Numbered from the stretch's first letter, positions 19,461 through 29,668 are shown. The stretch is DNA of 32,000 bases from an uncultured Lentisphaeria bacterium (GCA_951812855.1 OX638337.1:60001-92000); one strand, 5' to 3'. The notes: a model not told the origin generated them from the letters alone. Program-made: numbers and translations.

Positions 19461-19735
19461 TATTCATCCCAAAAATTGATTAATATCCGGTCAAAACAAT
19501 TGGTCAGTGCATCTCGATAATAAATGGTCATAACTCTTCGTTCAGAAAGAGTTTTATCAATATCCGGATCGCCAAATTCCTGTGATGGAAACTGATAGTC
19601 TCTTGATATGGTATTCGTCATAAATAATTTCGCTTTAATTTTAGTTCGACCTGAAAGTACATTTTTTTTTGTGAACAGAAAAAGCTCAAATGATAAGCCT
19701 AAAACAATTAACATTGATATCATGCCCGGGGTCAC
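19460..19735 (-). CDS. Hypothetical small protein with an N-terminal TM helix, translationally coupled to the M50 gene
   Basis: 91-aa ORF (GTG start; ATG alternatives at codons 5 and 8). TM segment MISMLIVLGLSFELFLF followed by a basic/polar tail. No family recognised. Confidence 0.4.
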   Translation of the reverse strand: MTPGMISMLIVLGLSFELFLFTKKNVLSGRTKIKAKLFMTNTISRDYQFPSQEFGDPDIDKTLSERRVMTIYYRDALTNCFDRILINFWDE

Positions 19736-19816
19736 AATCAGTATGCTGCTGCCTGGTCATTCCTTTTAATCATTTTATTAAATTTAGCCGGTCCCGATAA
19801 TTCAGGCATGATATAG

Positions 19817-21622
19817 TCAGGGAAAATTACCTTCGATATTCAAATTGAATTTATTGTTAAGCTCGGTTGCCAGTCGTTCAATATTATCATCTACAGATTT
19901 CTCGTCCAGGTTCATACGTTTTATCAATTTTCTGGCATCATTGAGTACGATATGAAAATCAATAAAGTTGTTATTAGTTGAAATTGAACATGTTTCTATT
20001 TTAGACGATTCTTTATCAAGCCATTTTTCAAATTCAGGTTTTGGTATTGCAGTTTCTCTCCATAATTCTTCTTGTGAAAAGGTCATTTGACTAAACATGT
20101 TTATAACAAACTCCTGATCGAGTACCGCTAATAAATTTCCAGCTTTTGGTCCTGACTTGCGATCTAAGATTATACAATAAACTGCTTGAAAAGCCTTGGG
20201 CTGCGGAATTGGAGTCAGACGACTGGTCTCGAATATCAAAGATTGAATATTATCGTCATTCCAGGGCGTGTCAGTCAGTGCAGTTGCCAGAAAACTCAGG
20301 AATGCTTTCTGCCCGGCGGTCAGATTTTCTGCAGATGCAGGAAGTGTTTCCTGAAGTCTGGTTTTTTCAGATTCTTCTGCAATATTGTCAACCCAGTATC
20401 GAACGGAACTTATGCGTCTGTCAAGGTGTTTTTTTTCAATGTCAGTCAGTGATTCTCCTTTATGTTTTTCGATTTCTTTTTCCACATTCAGGTGCGGCAT
20501 TTGAACCAGTGTTGCTAATAATTGAAAGTTAGTCTGGTAAAAATTCCCTTCATCAATGAGTGTTGAAAGTTGATAAATCCGTTTATCTTCCGTGGTAACG
20601 TTTTCGTTATCATGTGCCCGGGTATGACAGCGATCAAAGTCATTGAACAGTTTAATGATATTTTTTTCTTCAGGAGAAAAATTAACGGGTCTATTTGGCA
20701 GTGGACTTAAAATTAAATATCGGAGAATTTCCGGCGGCAGAAAGTCTGCCATATCTCTGACAGTGGCACCCAATCCCTTTGAAGAGCTCATTTTAGCACC
20801 ATCAACCAGAAAGAATTCATAGGGGATATTCAATGGTGGTGCCATTGAGAAGATTTCTCGCAGGCATCGAGAGGATACATCACGAGACCCGCCTTTGGTT
20901 GAATGATCTTTACCTGCCCCTTCAATTGTTATACCCAGGACTTTCCACTTTGCGATCCATTCAAGCTTCCAGGGCAGTTTGCCATTACCGTCAAATGGCG
21001 AAATTTTTCCTGTATTTCCACACCCTTTTGCCCATGTTACCATTGCCTCACGGCATTTATAGGTGACTTCCTTTCCATCATAATCGATCACCTCTGTTGT
21101 ACCAATTTTTCCACATTTTTCACATATTACCTGAAAAGGGTACCAGTTTTCCGGTCGTTGAGAATTACTGACATCCCGATATATTTTTTGTACAGTTTTG
21201 TAGTGTTTAAGAATTGTATCTATCGCATCATTAAATTGGCCGGCACGGTATATATCCCTCATCCGGTATGTTTCTGTCTTGACATTGAGTTCTTTAAAGA
21301 TATCGAAAAATTCTGTGATATAGTATTCTGCCATATCACTTGCATCAGTGTCCCGTGGTGGTGAAACATTACACAAAGGCTTTCCCAAAAATTGTTCAAA
21401 ATGTTCAGCTTCTCCATCCGGTATTTCATCTAATGGATCATAATCATCAACGCCAAAGAGATAACGCACCGGAATCTGTTTTTCCTTTAATGTTTTATAA
21501 ACTGCATCGTGAATGAGTACGCCGCGCAACGCACCGACATGTACTCGGCCTGAGGGAGTTTTAGAGTCATTAATTATCTGTGGGCTATCTATATTTTTTA
21601 CTAGTTTATCACACCAAAACAT
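19817..21622 (-). CDS. lysK: Lysyl-tRNA synthetase, class I
   Basis: Class I signature PSGRVHVGALRG (HIGH-type) and GAKMSSSKG (KMSKS-type), with overall class I LysRS architecture. The start is placed at ATG 21622 (MFWCDKL), which has an AGAGGA SD 8 nt upstream, not at the track start 21670. 601 aa with a C-terminal extension. Confidence 0.9.
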   Translation of the reverse strand: MFWCDKLVKNIDSPQIINDSKTPSGRVHVGALRGVLIHDAVYKTLKEKQIPVRYLFGVDDYDPLDEIPDGEAEHFEQFLGKPLCNVSPPRDTDASDMAEYYITEFFDIFKELNVKTETYRMRDIYRAGQFNDAIDTILKHYKTVQKIYRDVSNSQRPENWYPFQVICEKCGKIGTTEVIDYDGKEVTYKCREAMVTWAKGCGNTGKISPFDGNGKLPWKLEWIAKWKVLGITIEGAGKDHSTKGGSRDVSSRCLREIFSMAPPLNIPYEFFLVDGAKMSSSKGLGATVRDMADFLPPEILRYLILSPLPNRPVNFSPEEKNIIKLFNDFDRCHTRAHDNENVTTEDKRIYQLSTLIDEGNFYQTNFQLLATLVQMPHLNVEKEIEKHKGESLTDIEKKHLDRRISSVRYWVDNIAEESEKTRLQETLPASAENLTAGQKAFLSFLATALTDTPWNDDNIQSLIFETSRLTPIPQPKAFQAVYCIILDRKSGPKAGNLLAVLDQEFVINMFSQMTFSQEELWRETAIPKPEFEKWLDKESSKIETCSISTNNNFIDFHIVLNDARKLIKRMNLDEKSVDDNIERLATELNNKFNLNIEGNFP

Positions 21623-21849
21623 GGTATTATCCTCTTTGATCCGCCTTAAAAACGTGGGCGATTTATTCATTTAGATATGTTCGATGGCAATCGACCTTGT
21701 CACGCTGCCATCTTATCTTAATCCTAAGCATCGAATATTGCATCAGGCTCTTCCGGGAACCTCCCTGATCTAAATAATAATGCAGAGTGTTAACTTAACC
21801 TTAATAATACGGGTTCAACATTTTTTATCCGGTTTTTTATCTGGAAATG

Positions 21850-21858
21850 TGATATATT
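21850..21858 (+). promoter_or_regulatory. Candidate extended -10 promoter element (TGaTATATT) upstream of pheT
   Basis: TGnTATATT lies ~70 nt upstream of ATG 21927. Pattern match only. Confidence 0.25.
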
Positions 21859-21926
21859 AATACTAAACTTAAGCTTTTCTACAAACAAATTTTTATATCC
21901 TGCCAAGAGTCGAAAATCAGCAGATC

Positions 21927-24323
21927 ATGAAAACATCGTTAAAATGGATGAATGAGTATGTTTCAATTCCGTGGTCAATTGACAAATATGTCAATGAGTT
22001 AACACTTGCGGGTTTAGAGTCAGAAAGTATTTATAATACGATTGACTTGCCTGAAACAATCGTTGTTGCTAAGATTTTATCCCGGACAAAGCATCCGAAT
22101 GCTGATACACTCAGTTTATGTCAAGTCGACGATGGCTCCGGTACACCTGTGAATGTTGTATGTGGTGCTCCGAATTGTGACCGGGGTTGTCATGCTGCCT
22201 TTGCTAAAGTGGGTACGAGAATGCCTGGTGGATTAAAGCTTGGCAAAGTAAAAATAAGAGGCGAGGTGTCATTTGGCATGTTGTGCAGTGAAGATGAACT
22301 TGGTCTGGGATGCGATAAGTCCGGTATCCTTATCTTGCCGGAAACTGCTCGGATTGGTTTGCCGGTCATTGATTTTTATAGCAATGATACCGTTATTGAA
22401 TGGGAAGTCACGCCGAACCGACCCGATTGGTTATCACATTTGGGCATCGCTCGTGAAACGGCAGTTCTTTTGCAATCGAAGGTAACATTTCCTGAAGCGA
22501 ATCTTAAGCCGAACAACGATAGACATATTAAAGATCATTTTTCGGCAGAAGTTAAAAATAAGCACTTATGTCCGAGATATACCGTAAGGATCATTGAAAA
22601 TGTAACTGTAGCACCGAGTCCTGACTGGATGCAGGCATATCTTAAATCTGTCGGTTTGAGACCAATAAATAATATTGTTGACATTACAAACTTTGTGTTA
22701 ATGGAATGTGGCCAGCCGCTGCATGCATTTGATCTAAGTAAATTGTCGGGACAAAAAATTGTTGTAAGAGCGGCACACGAAAAGGAGGTTCTGACGACTT
22801 TGGATAATCAGAAACTCACTTTAAATTCACAAAATCTTGTAATTGCTGACAACGCCAAAAATTTGGCACTTGCCGGGATTATCGGAGGAGATAACAGTGA
22901 AATTTCAGAAAAAACAACGGATGTTCTTTTGGAAAGTGCATGTTTTAATCCATTAAATGTAAGAGCAACATCAAAATTATTTGGTGTGTCGACAGATTCT
23001 TCCCATCGCTTTGAAAGGGGTGTTGATATTGAAATGGTAGAATTCGCAAGTGCCAGGGCTGCTCATCTCATTTGCAAATATGCAGGAGGCCGGCTGATGG
23101 ATGGTATTATTGACATTTATGAAAATCGATACGTTTCGCCTGAAATAGAATGTCGGTTTGCCAAGGTGAATAAATTGTTGGGAGTCGACATTGAGCAATC
23201 TCAAATTGTATCAATTTTAAAACGTCTCGGTCTGGATTTAATTGATGAAAATAACAGTAGGTGTGTCGTTGGTGTTCCATCATACAGGCTGGATTTGACA
23301 CGAGAAGCAGATTTAATCGAGGAAGTTGCGAGAATTTTTGGATTGAATAATATTCCTGCATCAATATCTTCTGTGGGCACGCCGGCACCGGTCGAAAATG
23401 ATAGTTATTACGATCTACAGCAGGTACGGGATACTTTGATTGCTCTGGGTTTAAACGAGTGTATGAATTATACCCTTGTATCAGAGCATGACGCAACCTG
23501 TAACACAGGATTTGATATTGACGATTTGGTTAAATTATCGAATCCGTTAAGTTCGGAATTAACAACATTACGTACGAGTTTAATGAATAATATGTTAAAA
23601 ACCATTTCACACAATATTGCTCATGATAATACGACATTGCGGCTATTCGAAATCGGAAGACGGTTTACCCGTTCAGCATCAAACAATGAAGAGGAAACCG
23701 AAGCAATAATAGTGCTGTCCGGGCTAAAAAATCCCGGGCGGTTTTCGGAGGAAAAGAAACAGTCCTATGATTTTTATGATATGAAAGGCATGATAGATGA
23801 TTTTCTGGAATCAAGAGGGTTTGATAATGTAAAAATAGAAAATGTTCACTATCCTTTATTCTACAGCGGAGTTTCGGCACAAATAAAGTTAAAAAAGAAA
23901 GCAATTGGTTATTTGGGTGAAGTAAATACCGAAATATTCAAAGAATTACGAATCAAATATCCCATTTTTGCGGCAATTCTAAATATTGATCAACTTTCTA
24001 ACACTAAAGTCAACCCTCCTGAATATAAGTCATTGCCCCAGTATCCAGCAATTTCAAGAGATGTCGCCTTTGCTGCAGATAAAGATTTAACACATCAGGA
24101 AGTAATTCGTGTTATAAATAGTGTCAACGAGAAATATTTAGAAAAAATAGAACTTAATGAAATCTTTGCAGATGAAACCGTTGTTGGGAAAGGCAAAAAA
24201 AGTATGGCCTATACATTGACATTCAGATCACGATCAAAAACACTTACCGACAATGAAGTAAACCAGTCCCAGGAAAAAATACGATTGACACTTTTGAATA
24301 AGTTATCAATTAAGATTAGATAA
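21927..24323 (+). CDS. pheT: Phenylalanyl-tRNA synthetase beta subunit
   Basis: N-terminal tRNA-binding domain (KHPNADTLSLCQVDDGSG...VVCGAPN), B3/B4 and B5 regions, and C-terminal FDX-ACB (YPAISRDVAF). Length 798 aa. Confidence 0.95.
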   Translation: MKTSLKWMNEYVSIPWSIDKYVNELTLAGLESESIYNTIDLPETIVVAKILSRTKHPNADTLSLCQVDDGSGTPVNVVCGAPNCDRGCHAAFAKVGTRMPGGLKLGKVKIRGEVSFGMLCSEDELGLGCDKSGILILPETARIGLPVIDFYSNDTVIEWEVTPNRPDWLSHLGIARETAVLLQSKVTFPEANLKPNNDRHIKDHFSAEVKNKHLCPRYTVRIIENVTVAPSPDWMQAYLKSVGLRPINNIVDITNFVLMECGQPLHAFDLSKLSGQKIVVRAAHEKEVLTTLDNQKLTLNSQNLVIADNAKNLALAGIIGGDNSEISEKTTDVLLESACFNPLNVRATSKLFGVSTDSSHRFERGVDIEMVEFASARAAHLICKYAGGRLMDGIIDIYENRYVSPEIECRFAKVNKLLGVDIEQSQIVSILKRLGLDLIDENNSRCVVGVPSYRLDLTREADLIEEVARIFGLNNIPASISSVGTPAPVENDSYYDLQQVRDTLIALGLNECMNYTLVSEHDATCNTGFDIDDLVKLSNPLSSELTTLRTSLMNNMLKTISHNIAHDNTTLRLFEIGRRFTRSASNNEEETEAIIVLSGLKNPGRFSEEKKQSYDFYDMKGMIDDFLESRGFDNVKIENVHYPLFYSGVSAQIKLKKKAIGYLGEVNTEIFKELRIKYPIFAAILNIDQLSNTKVNPPEYKSLPQYPAISRDVAFAADKDLTHQEVIRVINSVNEKYLEKIELNEIFADETVVGKGKKSMAYTLTFRSRSKTLTDNEVNQSQEKIRLTLLNKLSIKIR

Positions 24324-24496
24324 AGATTATTCAAATATCTCTCTATAATACAGTCTATTCAGGCCCATAACTTACTTTGCCTGACATATTAAGTTGAGGT
24401 GACTGACCACAATCGACTAATGATAGTCTCATCCGCCTGTCTTCGACAGTATGTTGAGGGCGTCAAAGAAAATAAAATACCTCAGAAACTTTGGTC

Positions 24497-25438
24497 ATGA
24501 TTTTTACAGAAGAAAATTTCAATTTACTTTTACAGAAAGATATTGAAACATTTATCTTTTTTGATGACAACGGGTTACTGATCGGGCCGGACGAATTGAT
24601 AGAAGATTATGTCAAACGATTGAGAATTTTAAGTAATAATATTACCGAATTTAATAAAGAATCAGGCAGCAAAAACACGATAGAATTATTGAATACAAGA
24701 TTTGGTAAAGAGTCAATCATACCCGGTAAAATGTTTGATAATGCAAATGACCGGATTAAGACATTGTATGATATCACGATTGATTGGGTTCCAGGATTTT
24801 TTTCCAATCATAAAATGGGTCTTTTGTTCGCGGGTTATGCCATATATTCCTTTGACGATTTTTTTGCGGTATTTATCATCCGGGCAGCATTCAGGGATAA
24901 GGAAAAATGGTTAATTTATAGTCGAACTGAATTAATTGCCCATGAGCTTTGTCATATTGCACATATCGGATTTAATGTGAATGATTATGAAGAGTTTTTT
25001 GCATATCAAACTTCTCCCTGCTTATTTCGTCGATTAATTGGGGGGGCATTACGTACACCAACGGATACCTATATGATTCTTGGTGCAGTGGGTCTAATGT
25101 TTTCTGCCCAGATGATAAATATTTGTTTCCGATCACCCCTGGAATGGCATACTTTCCCAATGCCGCTGGTTTCTGCACTTACTGTTTCAATCCTACTGTT
25201 TATTGCAGGTCGTTATTGTTATTCATTATACCTGATGAACAAAGCGAATCGAAATTTAACCAAGCTTTTTGATAAGCAAAATGTGATGCCGATTTTGTTT
25301 CGATGTTCAACTGCAGAATTAAAAAAAATTGTCCAATTAAACACCGTAGAATCAATGAAAGATTGGATGTATGATAAAAAGGAGTGTGAATTTCGCTGGC
25401 AATTAATCCTGAGAAAGTATCGTCAAAAAGAACTTTAA
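24497..25438 (+). CDS. Hypothetical HExxH-motif protein with two predicted C-terminal TM helices (putative membrane-anchored zinc metallopeptidase)
   Basis: ELIAHELCHIAHIGF followed by acidic residues (DYEEFFAY). Hydrophobic segments TYMILGAVGLMFSAQMINICF and MPLVSALTVSILLFIAGRYCYSLYL. No family recognised. The track TTG at 24491 is an alternative start. Confidence 0.5.
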   Translation: MIFTEENFNLLLQKDIETFIFFDDNGLLIGPDELIEDYVKRLRILSNNITEFNKESGSKNTIELLNTRFGKESIIPGKMFDNANDRIKTLYDITIDWVPGFFSNHKMGLLFAGYAIYSFDDFFAVFIIRAAFRDKEKWLIYSRTELIAHELCHIAHIGFNVNDYEEFFAYQTSPCLFRRLIGGALRTPTDTYMILGAVGLMFSAQMINICFRSPLEWHTFPMPLVSALTVSILLFIAGRYCYSLYLMNKANRNLTKLFDKQNVMPILFRCSTAELKKIVQLNTVESMKDWMYDKKECEFRWQLILRKYRQKEL

Positions 25439-25604
25439 AAATTATATTTTTTTAGATAACCACTTGCAATTTCAAACACTTAGTTATATTTACATACGCT
25501 AAGCAATTGTTAATCTGTCGATTAGTAATATTGATTTGGCTTATCAAACTTTCTGCCTGATAATTTAGTTTATATAGGTGGGTAACGCATAGGAGAGGGA
25601 AAAT

Positions 25605-25886
25605 ATGACTAAACGCGATCTTGTCGTAAGAATCTCAACTGAAACCGGGGTAAATCAGCGAATTGTAACTGATATCGTGCAGCGTACGCTTGATCATGTA
25701 ATAAATGAACTTAGTACTGGAAGAGGTGTGGAACTAAGAAATTTTGGAGTTTTTTCTCTGAAAAAACGTAAAAAAAGAATTGGCAGAAATCCAAATGCAC
25801 CTGAAAATACAGTACAGATTCCAGAAAGAACAGTTGTAAAATTTAAGCCGGGTAAAATCATGAAAGAAGGAGTGACAAGGCTTTAG
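25605..25886 (+). CDS. HU/IHF family nucleoid-associated DNA-binding protein
   Basis: 93 aa. MTKRDLVVRISTETG...RNFGVFSLKKRKKRIGRNPNAPENTVQIPERTVVKFKPGK, which carries the beta-arm with conserved R-N-P. GGAGAGGG SD upstream. Confidence 0.9.
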   Translation: MTKRDLVVRISTETGVNQRIVTDIVQRTLDHVINELSTGRGVELRNFGVFSLKKRKKRIGRNPNAPENTVQIPERTVVKFKPGKIMKEGVTRL

Positions 25887-26016
25887 AGAAATTCATTTCT
25901 CTTGTGTGTTTGAGGCAGATTATATTCTATTCAATCCTATCTTTCCCGGGAGATTGCAACAAGGCATAGATTTTGTTTTATCACGAAGTCATGTTTTTAT
26001 CATACAGCATATAATG

Positions 26017-26050
26017 AATAATAAGGCCGATATTTCGGCCTTATTATTAT
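26017..26050 (+). terminator. Rho-independent terminator after the HU/IHF gene
   Basis: Perfect 14-bp stem AATAATAAGGCCGA / TCGGCCTTATTATT with loop TAT, and a T-rich 3' flank. The A-rich 5' flank would also allow bidirectional function. Confidence 0.65.
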
Positions 26051-26173
26051 TCTTACCAATAGTTAAGCAGCCTTCCTGCCCTTCTGCGTTTGTTACAATA
26101 TTAGGAATTTTAATTCGTTTTTATACTTAAGCAATTAATCGTTGCCCATTTTTAAGTTTCACAGGAGTATGCA

Positions 26174-27442
26174 GTGTCTAAAAAAACCGAACCTATTCCA
26201 GGGACTTCAGATTTCTTTCCAGAGGAAACAATTCAATGGCAGTATCTGGAAGGTAAAGCTCATAGTGTGTTTTCTCGATATTCAATTGGAGAAATAAGAA
26301 CACCTGTTTTTGAGCGGACCGATGTTTTTTTACGGAGCATTGGAGACCAAACCGATATTGTTCAAAAGGAAATGTATACCTTTAAAGATCGCGGAGACAG
26401 AAGCCTGACATTGCGACCTGAAGGAACTGCCGGTGTTTTAAGAGCTATTGCCAACAAAGGATTGAGCCAGGGTGATGAACAGAGAGTTTACTATATTGGA
26501 CCCATGTTCAGAGGAGAACGACCGTCTGCGGGCAGGAAACGTCAGTTTCACCAGATTGGAGTTGAATATGTTGGTAAAGTATCACCGGAAATAGATGCCG
26601 AATGCATTATTTTGCTTCTGGATTATTTAGAATCAATTGGGCTGACAGACACAAAATTATTGATTAATACACGTGGTATTTCCGGAGATCGAGAGCGAAT
26701 CTCAGGAACAATGTCAGATTATTATAAACCCCATATTGACACAATGTGCGAGGATTGTCGCAGGCGGTATGATACGAATATTTGGAGAATACTTGACTGC
26801 AAAAATGAAGGTTGTAAGACGATTACCCAAAATGCACCGTCAATGATTGATTTAATCAGTGAGACGAGTAGGATTTATTTTGACTCAGTTTGTGAAATTC
26901 TTAAGTACACAGGCATTCAATACCAAATCGACCCGCAATTAGTCCGAGGCTTAGACTATTATGTCCATACCGTATTTGAAGTTGTATCGAATAATATCGG
27001 GGCTCAGGATGCAATAGCCGGAGGTGGCCGCTATGAGATCCTGAATCCAGGACAGAAGCATCCCTTGATCGGTGTTGGTTTTGCGATGGGGGTTGAACGA
27101 TTACTACTTGCAAAAAATGCAAATAAATCAGATTTAGGTAAGGGGATCTGCGTTGATATTTATATAGTCAGCCTGGGACGTCCGGCATTACAGAAAAACT
27201 TCGATTTAGCCTCGTCGTTAAGAAAGCAGGGATTCAGAGTATTGATGGATTTAGAAAATAGAGGAATGAAAGCACAGATGCGTACTGCAAATAAAGTGAA
27301 TGCGAAAATCACACTGATTCGTGGTCAAAGTGAGCTTGATGACGGAATAATATTATTAAAAAACATGAATGATTCTTCTCAGATTAAGGTTCAATTTGAC
27401 GAAATAACAGCGGCACTTAAACCATTTTTTAACAGGTCATAG
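26174..27442 (+). CDS. hisS: Histidyl-tRNA synthetase
   Basis: [34 protein letters not shown] (motif 2) and AIAGGGRYE (motif 3). GTG start with AGGAG SD 7 nt upstream. Length 422 aa. Confidence 0.95.
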   Translation: MSKKTEPIPGTSDFFPEETIQWQYLEGKAHSVFSRYSIGEIRTPVFERTDVFLRSIGDQTDIVQKEMYTFKDRGDRSLTLRPEGTAGVLRAIANKGLSQGDEQRVYYIGPMFRGERPSAGRKRQFHQIGVEYVGKVSPEIDAECIILLLDYLESIGLTDTKLLINTRGISGDRERISGTMSDYYKPHIDTMCEDCRRRYDTNIWRILDCKNEGCKTITQNAPSMIDLISETSRIYFDSVCEILKYTGIQYQIDPQLVRGLDYYVHTVFEVVSNNIGAQDAIAGGGRYEILNPGQKHPLIGVGFAMGVERLLLAKNANKSDLGKGICVDIYIVSLGRPALQKNFDLASSLRKQGFRVLMDLENRGMKAQMRTANKVNAKITLIRGQSELDDGIILLKNMNDSSQIKVQFDEITAALKPFFNRS

Positions 27443-27446
27443 ATTC

Positions 27447-29210
27447 ATGAACAGAACACATACATGTAATGCACTCTCATCTAAGAACGTAGATCAACGA
27501 GTGATATTAAGCGGCTGGGTTAACAGCCGGCGGGATTTAGGAGGATTGATATTTATTGATCTTAGAGATCGTGACGGGATCACACAATTGGTGATTAATC
27601 CGGAGAATGCTTCCGATGCAGCTGAAACATGTCGGCCGGTCCGGGAAGAATGGGTTTTGACAGCATGCGGGACGGTCTGTGCACGACCTGATGATATGAT
27701 TAACAAAAAGGTCCGTACAGGAGAAATAGAAATAAATGTTGAATCGATTGTTGTTGAAAATAAATCTAAGCCAATGCCTTATCATTTCAATGATGTACAG
27801 GCCAGTGACGATTTGCGATTAAAATACAGATATCTTGAAATGCGGAAAACAACGTTAGGGAGTTATCTGCGATTAAGACATGATATTACAAAACATATCC
27901 GGGATTATTTCGATAGTAATGGATTCATCGAAGTCGAAACCCCGGTTTTAAGTAAGAGTACCCCTGAAGGAGCTCGGGATTATTTAGTGCCAAGTCGCAT
28001 TTTTCCGGGAGAGTTTTTTGCACTTCCTCAGGCACCTCAACAGTATAAGCAAATCTTAATGGTGGGCGGTATCGAGCGTTATTTTCAAATTGCCCATTGC
28101 TTTAGAGACGAGGATTTGAGAGCAGATCGACAACCTGAATTCACTCAGATTGATGTCGAAATGTCATTTATCACGGAAGAAGACATTTACGAACTTGTTG
28201 AAGGGTTAATGGCCGCGATATTTCGTGAAATTAAAAAAACTGACATTGAAACTCCTTTTCCCCGGTTAAGTCATCACGAGGCAATATCGAAGTATGGATC
28301 AGACAAACCTGATACTCGTTTTGAAATGCTGCTGCATGATCTGAGCAGCATTGTGACTTCATCGAATTTTCAGGTTTTTAAGAATGTAATTTCTGACGGC
28401 GGCAAAGTTATGGCGTTTAACGCCAAAGGATTAAATTCGATTGCATCCCGCAAGAAAATTGATCAGTGGAATGACGTTGTGAAGCTTATGAAAGCTAAAG
28501 GGTTAGCCTATTTGAAGTTTGAAGAAAACGGCGATATCAAATCACCGATTGCAAAATTTTTAAGCAAAGACGAAATTCAGCAAATCACTGAACTTCTCGG
28601 TGCAACACCGGGAGATATTGTACTCATTGTTGCTGATAAATTTATGACTGCTGCTGAGGCTTTAGGCCGTCTTCGTATCGAAATTGCTGAAAAAAACGGG
28701 CTGATACCTGAAAACGTTTATAACTTTCTTTGGGTAAATAAGTTTCCGCTTTTAGGATTTGATGAAACTGAAGGCAGTTATATTCCAATACATCATCCTT
28801 TTACCAGTCCGATTACCGACGAGATTTCTATTTTAGACTCCGATCCTGGAAAGGTCAAGGCTCAGGCCTATGATGTCGTTCTTAATGGTGTTGAACTCGG
28901 TGGAGGCAGTATTCGTATTCACAATGTTGAATTACAGCATCGTATGTTTGAAATTTTAAATATTCCGGATTCAGAGATAAAATCAAAGTTTGGTCATTTA
29001 CTTGAAGCATTAGCATTCGGGGCCCCTCCTCATGGTGGATTGGCGATTGGATTTGATCGATTGGTAATGCTGCTTACTGGTGCAACTTCAATCAGAGATG
29101 TAATCGCATTTCCGAAAACCACAAAATCATCGTGTCTACTAATGGACTCTCCTTCTCCGGTAAGCCCGAGTCAACTTAAGGAATTGGGAATTAAACTGAA
29201 TCCTCAATAA
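27447..29210 (+). CDS. aspS: Aspartyl-tRNA synthetase (bacterial type with GAD insertion domain)
   Basis: N-terminal OB fold ([19 protein letters not shown]), [44 protein letters not shown] and GLAIGFDR. Begins 4 nt after the hisS stop. Length 587 aa. Confidence 0.95.
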   Translation: MNRTHTCNALSSKNVDQRVILSGWVNSRRDLGGLIFIDLRDRDGITQLVINPENASDAAETCRPVREEWVLTACGTVCARPDDMINKKVRTGEIEINVESIVVENKSKPMPYHFNDVQASDDLRLKYRYLEMRKTTLGSYLRLRHDITKHIRDYFDSNGFIEVETPVLSKSTPEGARDYLVPSRIFPGEFFALPQAPQQYKQILMVGGIERYFQIAHCFRDEDLRADRQPEFTQIDVEMSFITEEDIYELVEGLMAAIFREIKKTDIETPFPRLSHHEAISKYGSDKPDTRFEMLLHDLSSIVTSSNFQVFKNVISDGGKVMAFNAKGLNSIASRKKIDQWNDVVKLMKAKGLAYLKFEENGDIKSPIAKFLSKDEIQQITELLGATPGDIVLIVADKFMTAAEALGRLRIEIAEKNGLIPENVYNFLWVNKFPLLGFDETEGSYIPIHHPFTSPITDEISILDSDPGKVKAQAYDVVLNGVELGGGSIRIHNVELQHRMFEILNIPDSEIKSKFGHLLEALAFGAPPHGGLAIGFDRLVMLLTGATSIRDVIAFPKTTKSSCLLMDSPSPVSPSQLKELGIKLNPQ

Positions 29211-29237
29211 TATTTTAAGCCCCAATATTGTTTCCTG

Positions 29238-29284
29238 AATAAGAATGAGTGACTATAATTCACATTATAGTGATCACTGATGAT
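29238..29284 (+). terminator. Candidate terminator/stem-loop after aspS
   Basis: ACTATAAT-tcac-ATTATAGT (8 bp) is extended by AGTG/CACT across a 3-nt bulge. A T6 run starts ~10 nt further on. The geometry is imperfect. Confidence 0.35.
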
Positions 29285-29668
29285 TGGTTTTTTCTATGAA
29301 CACGGGATTTGATAACCGGGCAGGGTATTACCGGTAAAATTCATGCAAAAACGAATATATTGTTTTTTTAACGGATCTAATTTTATTTTTTGAGAAACTG
29401 ATAATGAAATTACAGAAAGAAAGTTACACCGCCAAGAGATGCTGTGGAGTGAGTCCCTAAGGGTCAAATAATCCACTGTGGGTCAACTTAGACCGGGGCT
29501 TTGGAGTATTTTTATATTATCAAAAAATAAACGTGTGCTGGAAAAATCACTCAAAAAGAATCTTACAAAAGTATTAGACAACTCCCCAATTCGATTTAAG
29601 ATTAGGAGTCAGAGTGCAAATAAGTTTTCAACCTTTTATAATGTCTGCAATATCTTATTATAGTCACA

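Noticed and set aside
20146-21364. Several plus-strand ORFs (128, 88, 77 and 153 aa)
   Set aside because: All are antisense to the class I LysRS gene, whose frame carries the diagnostic motifs. None has a recognisable family pattern or an SD.
25906-26130. 74-aa plus-strand ORF after the HU gene
   Set aside because: It reads straight through the 14-bp terminator hairpin at 26017..26047. It has no SD and an odd composition.
29294-29663. Two 60-61-aa ORFs (one per strand) in the aspS-SDR spacer
   Set aside because: Both are at the minimum length for the track. Neither has an SD or a recognisable motif. I treat the region as noncoding; see the finding on this leader.
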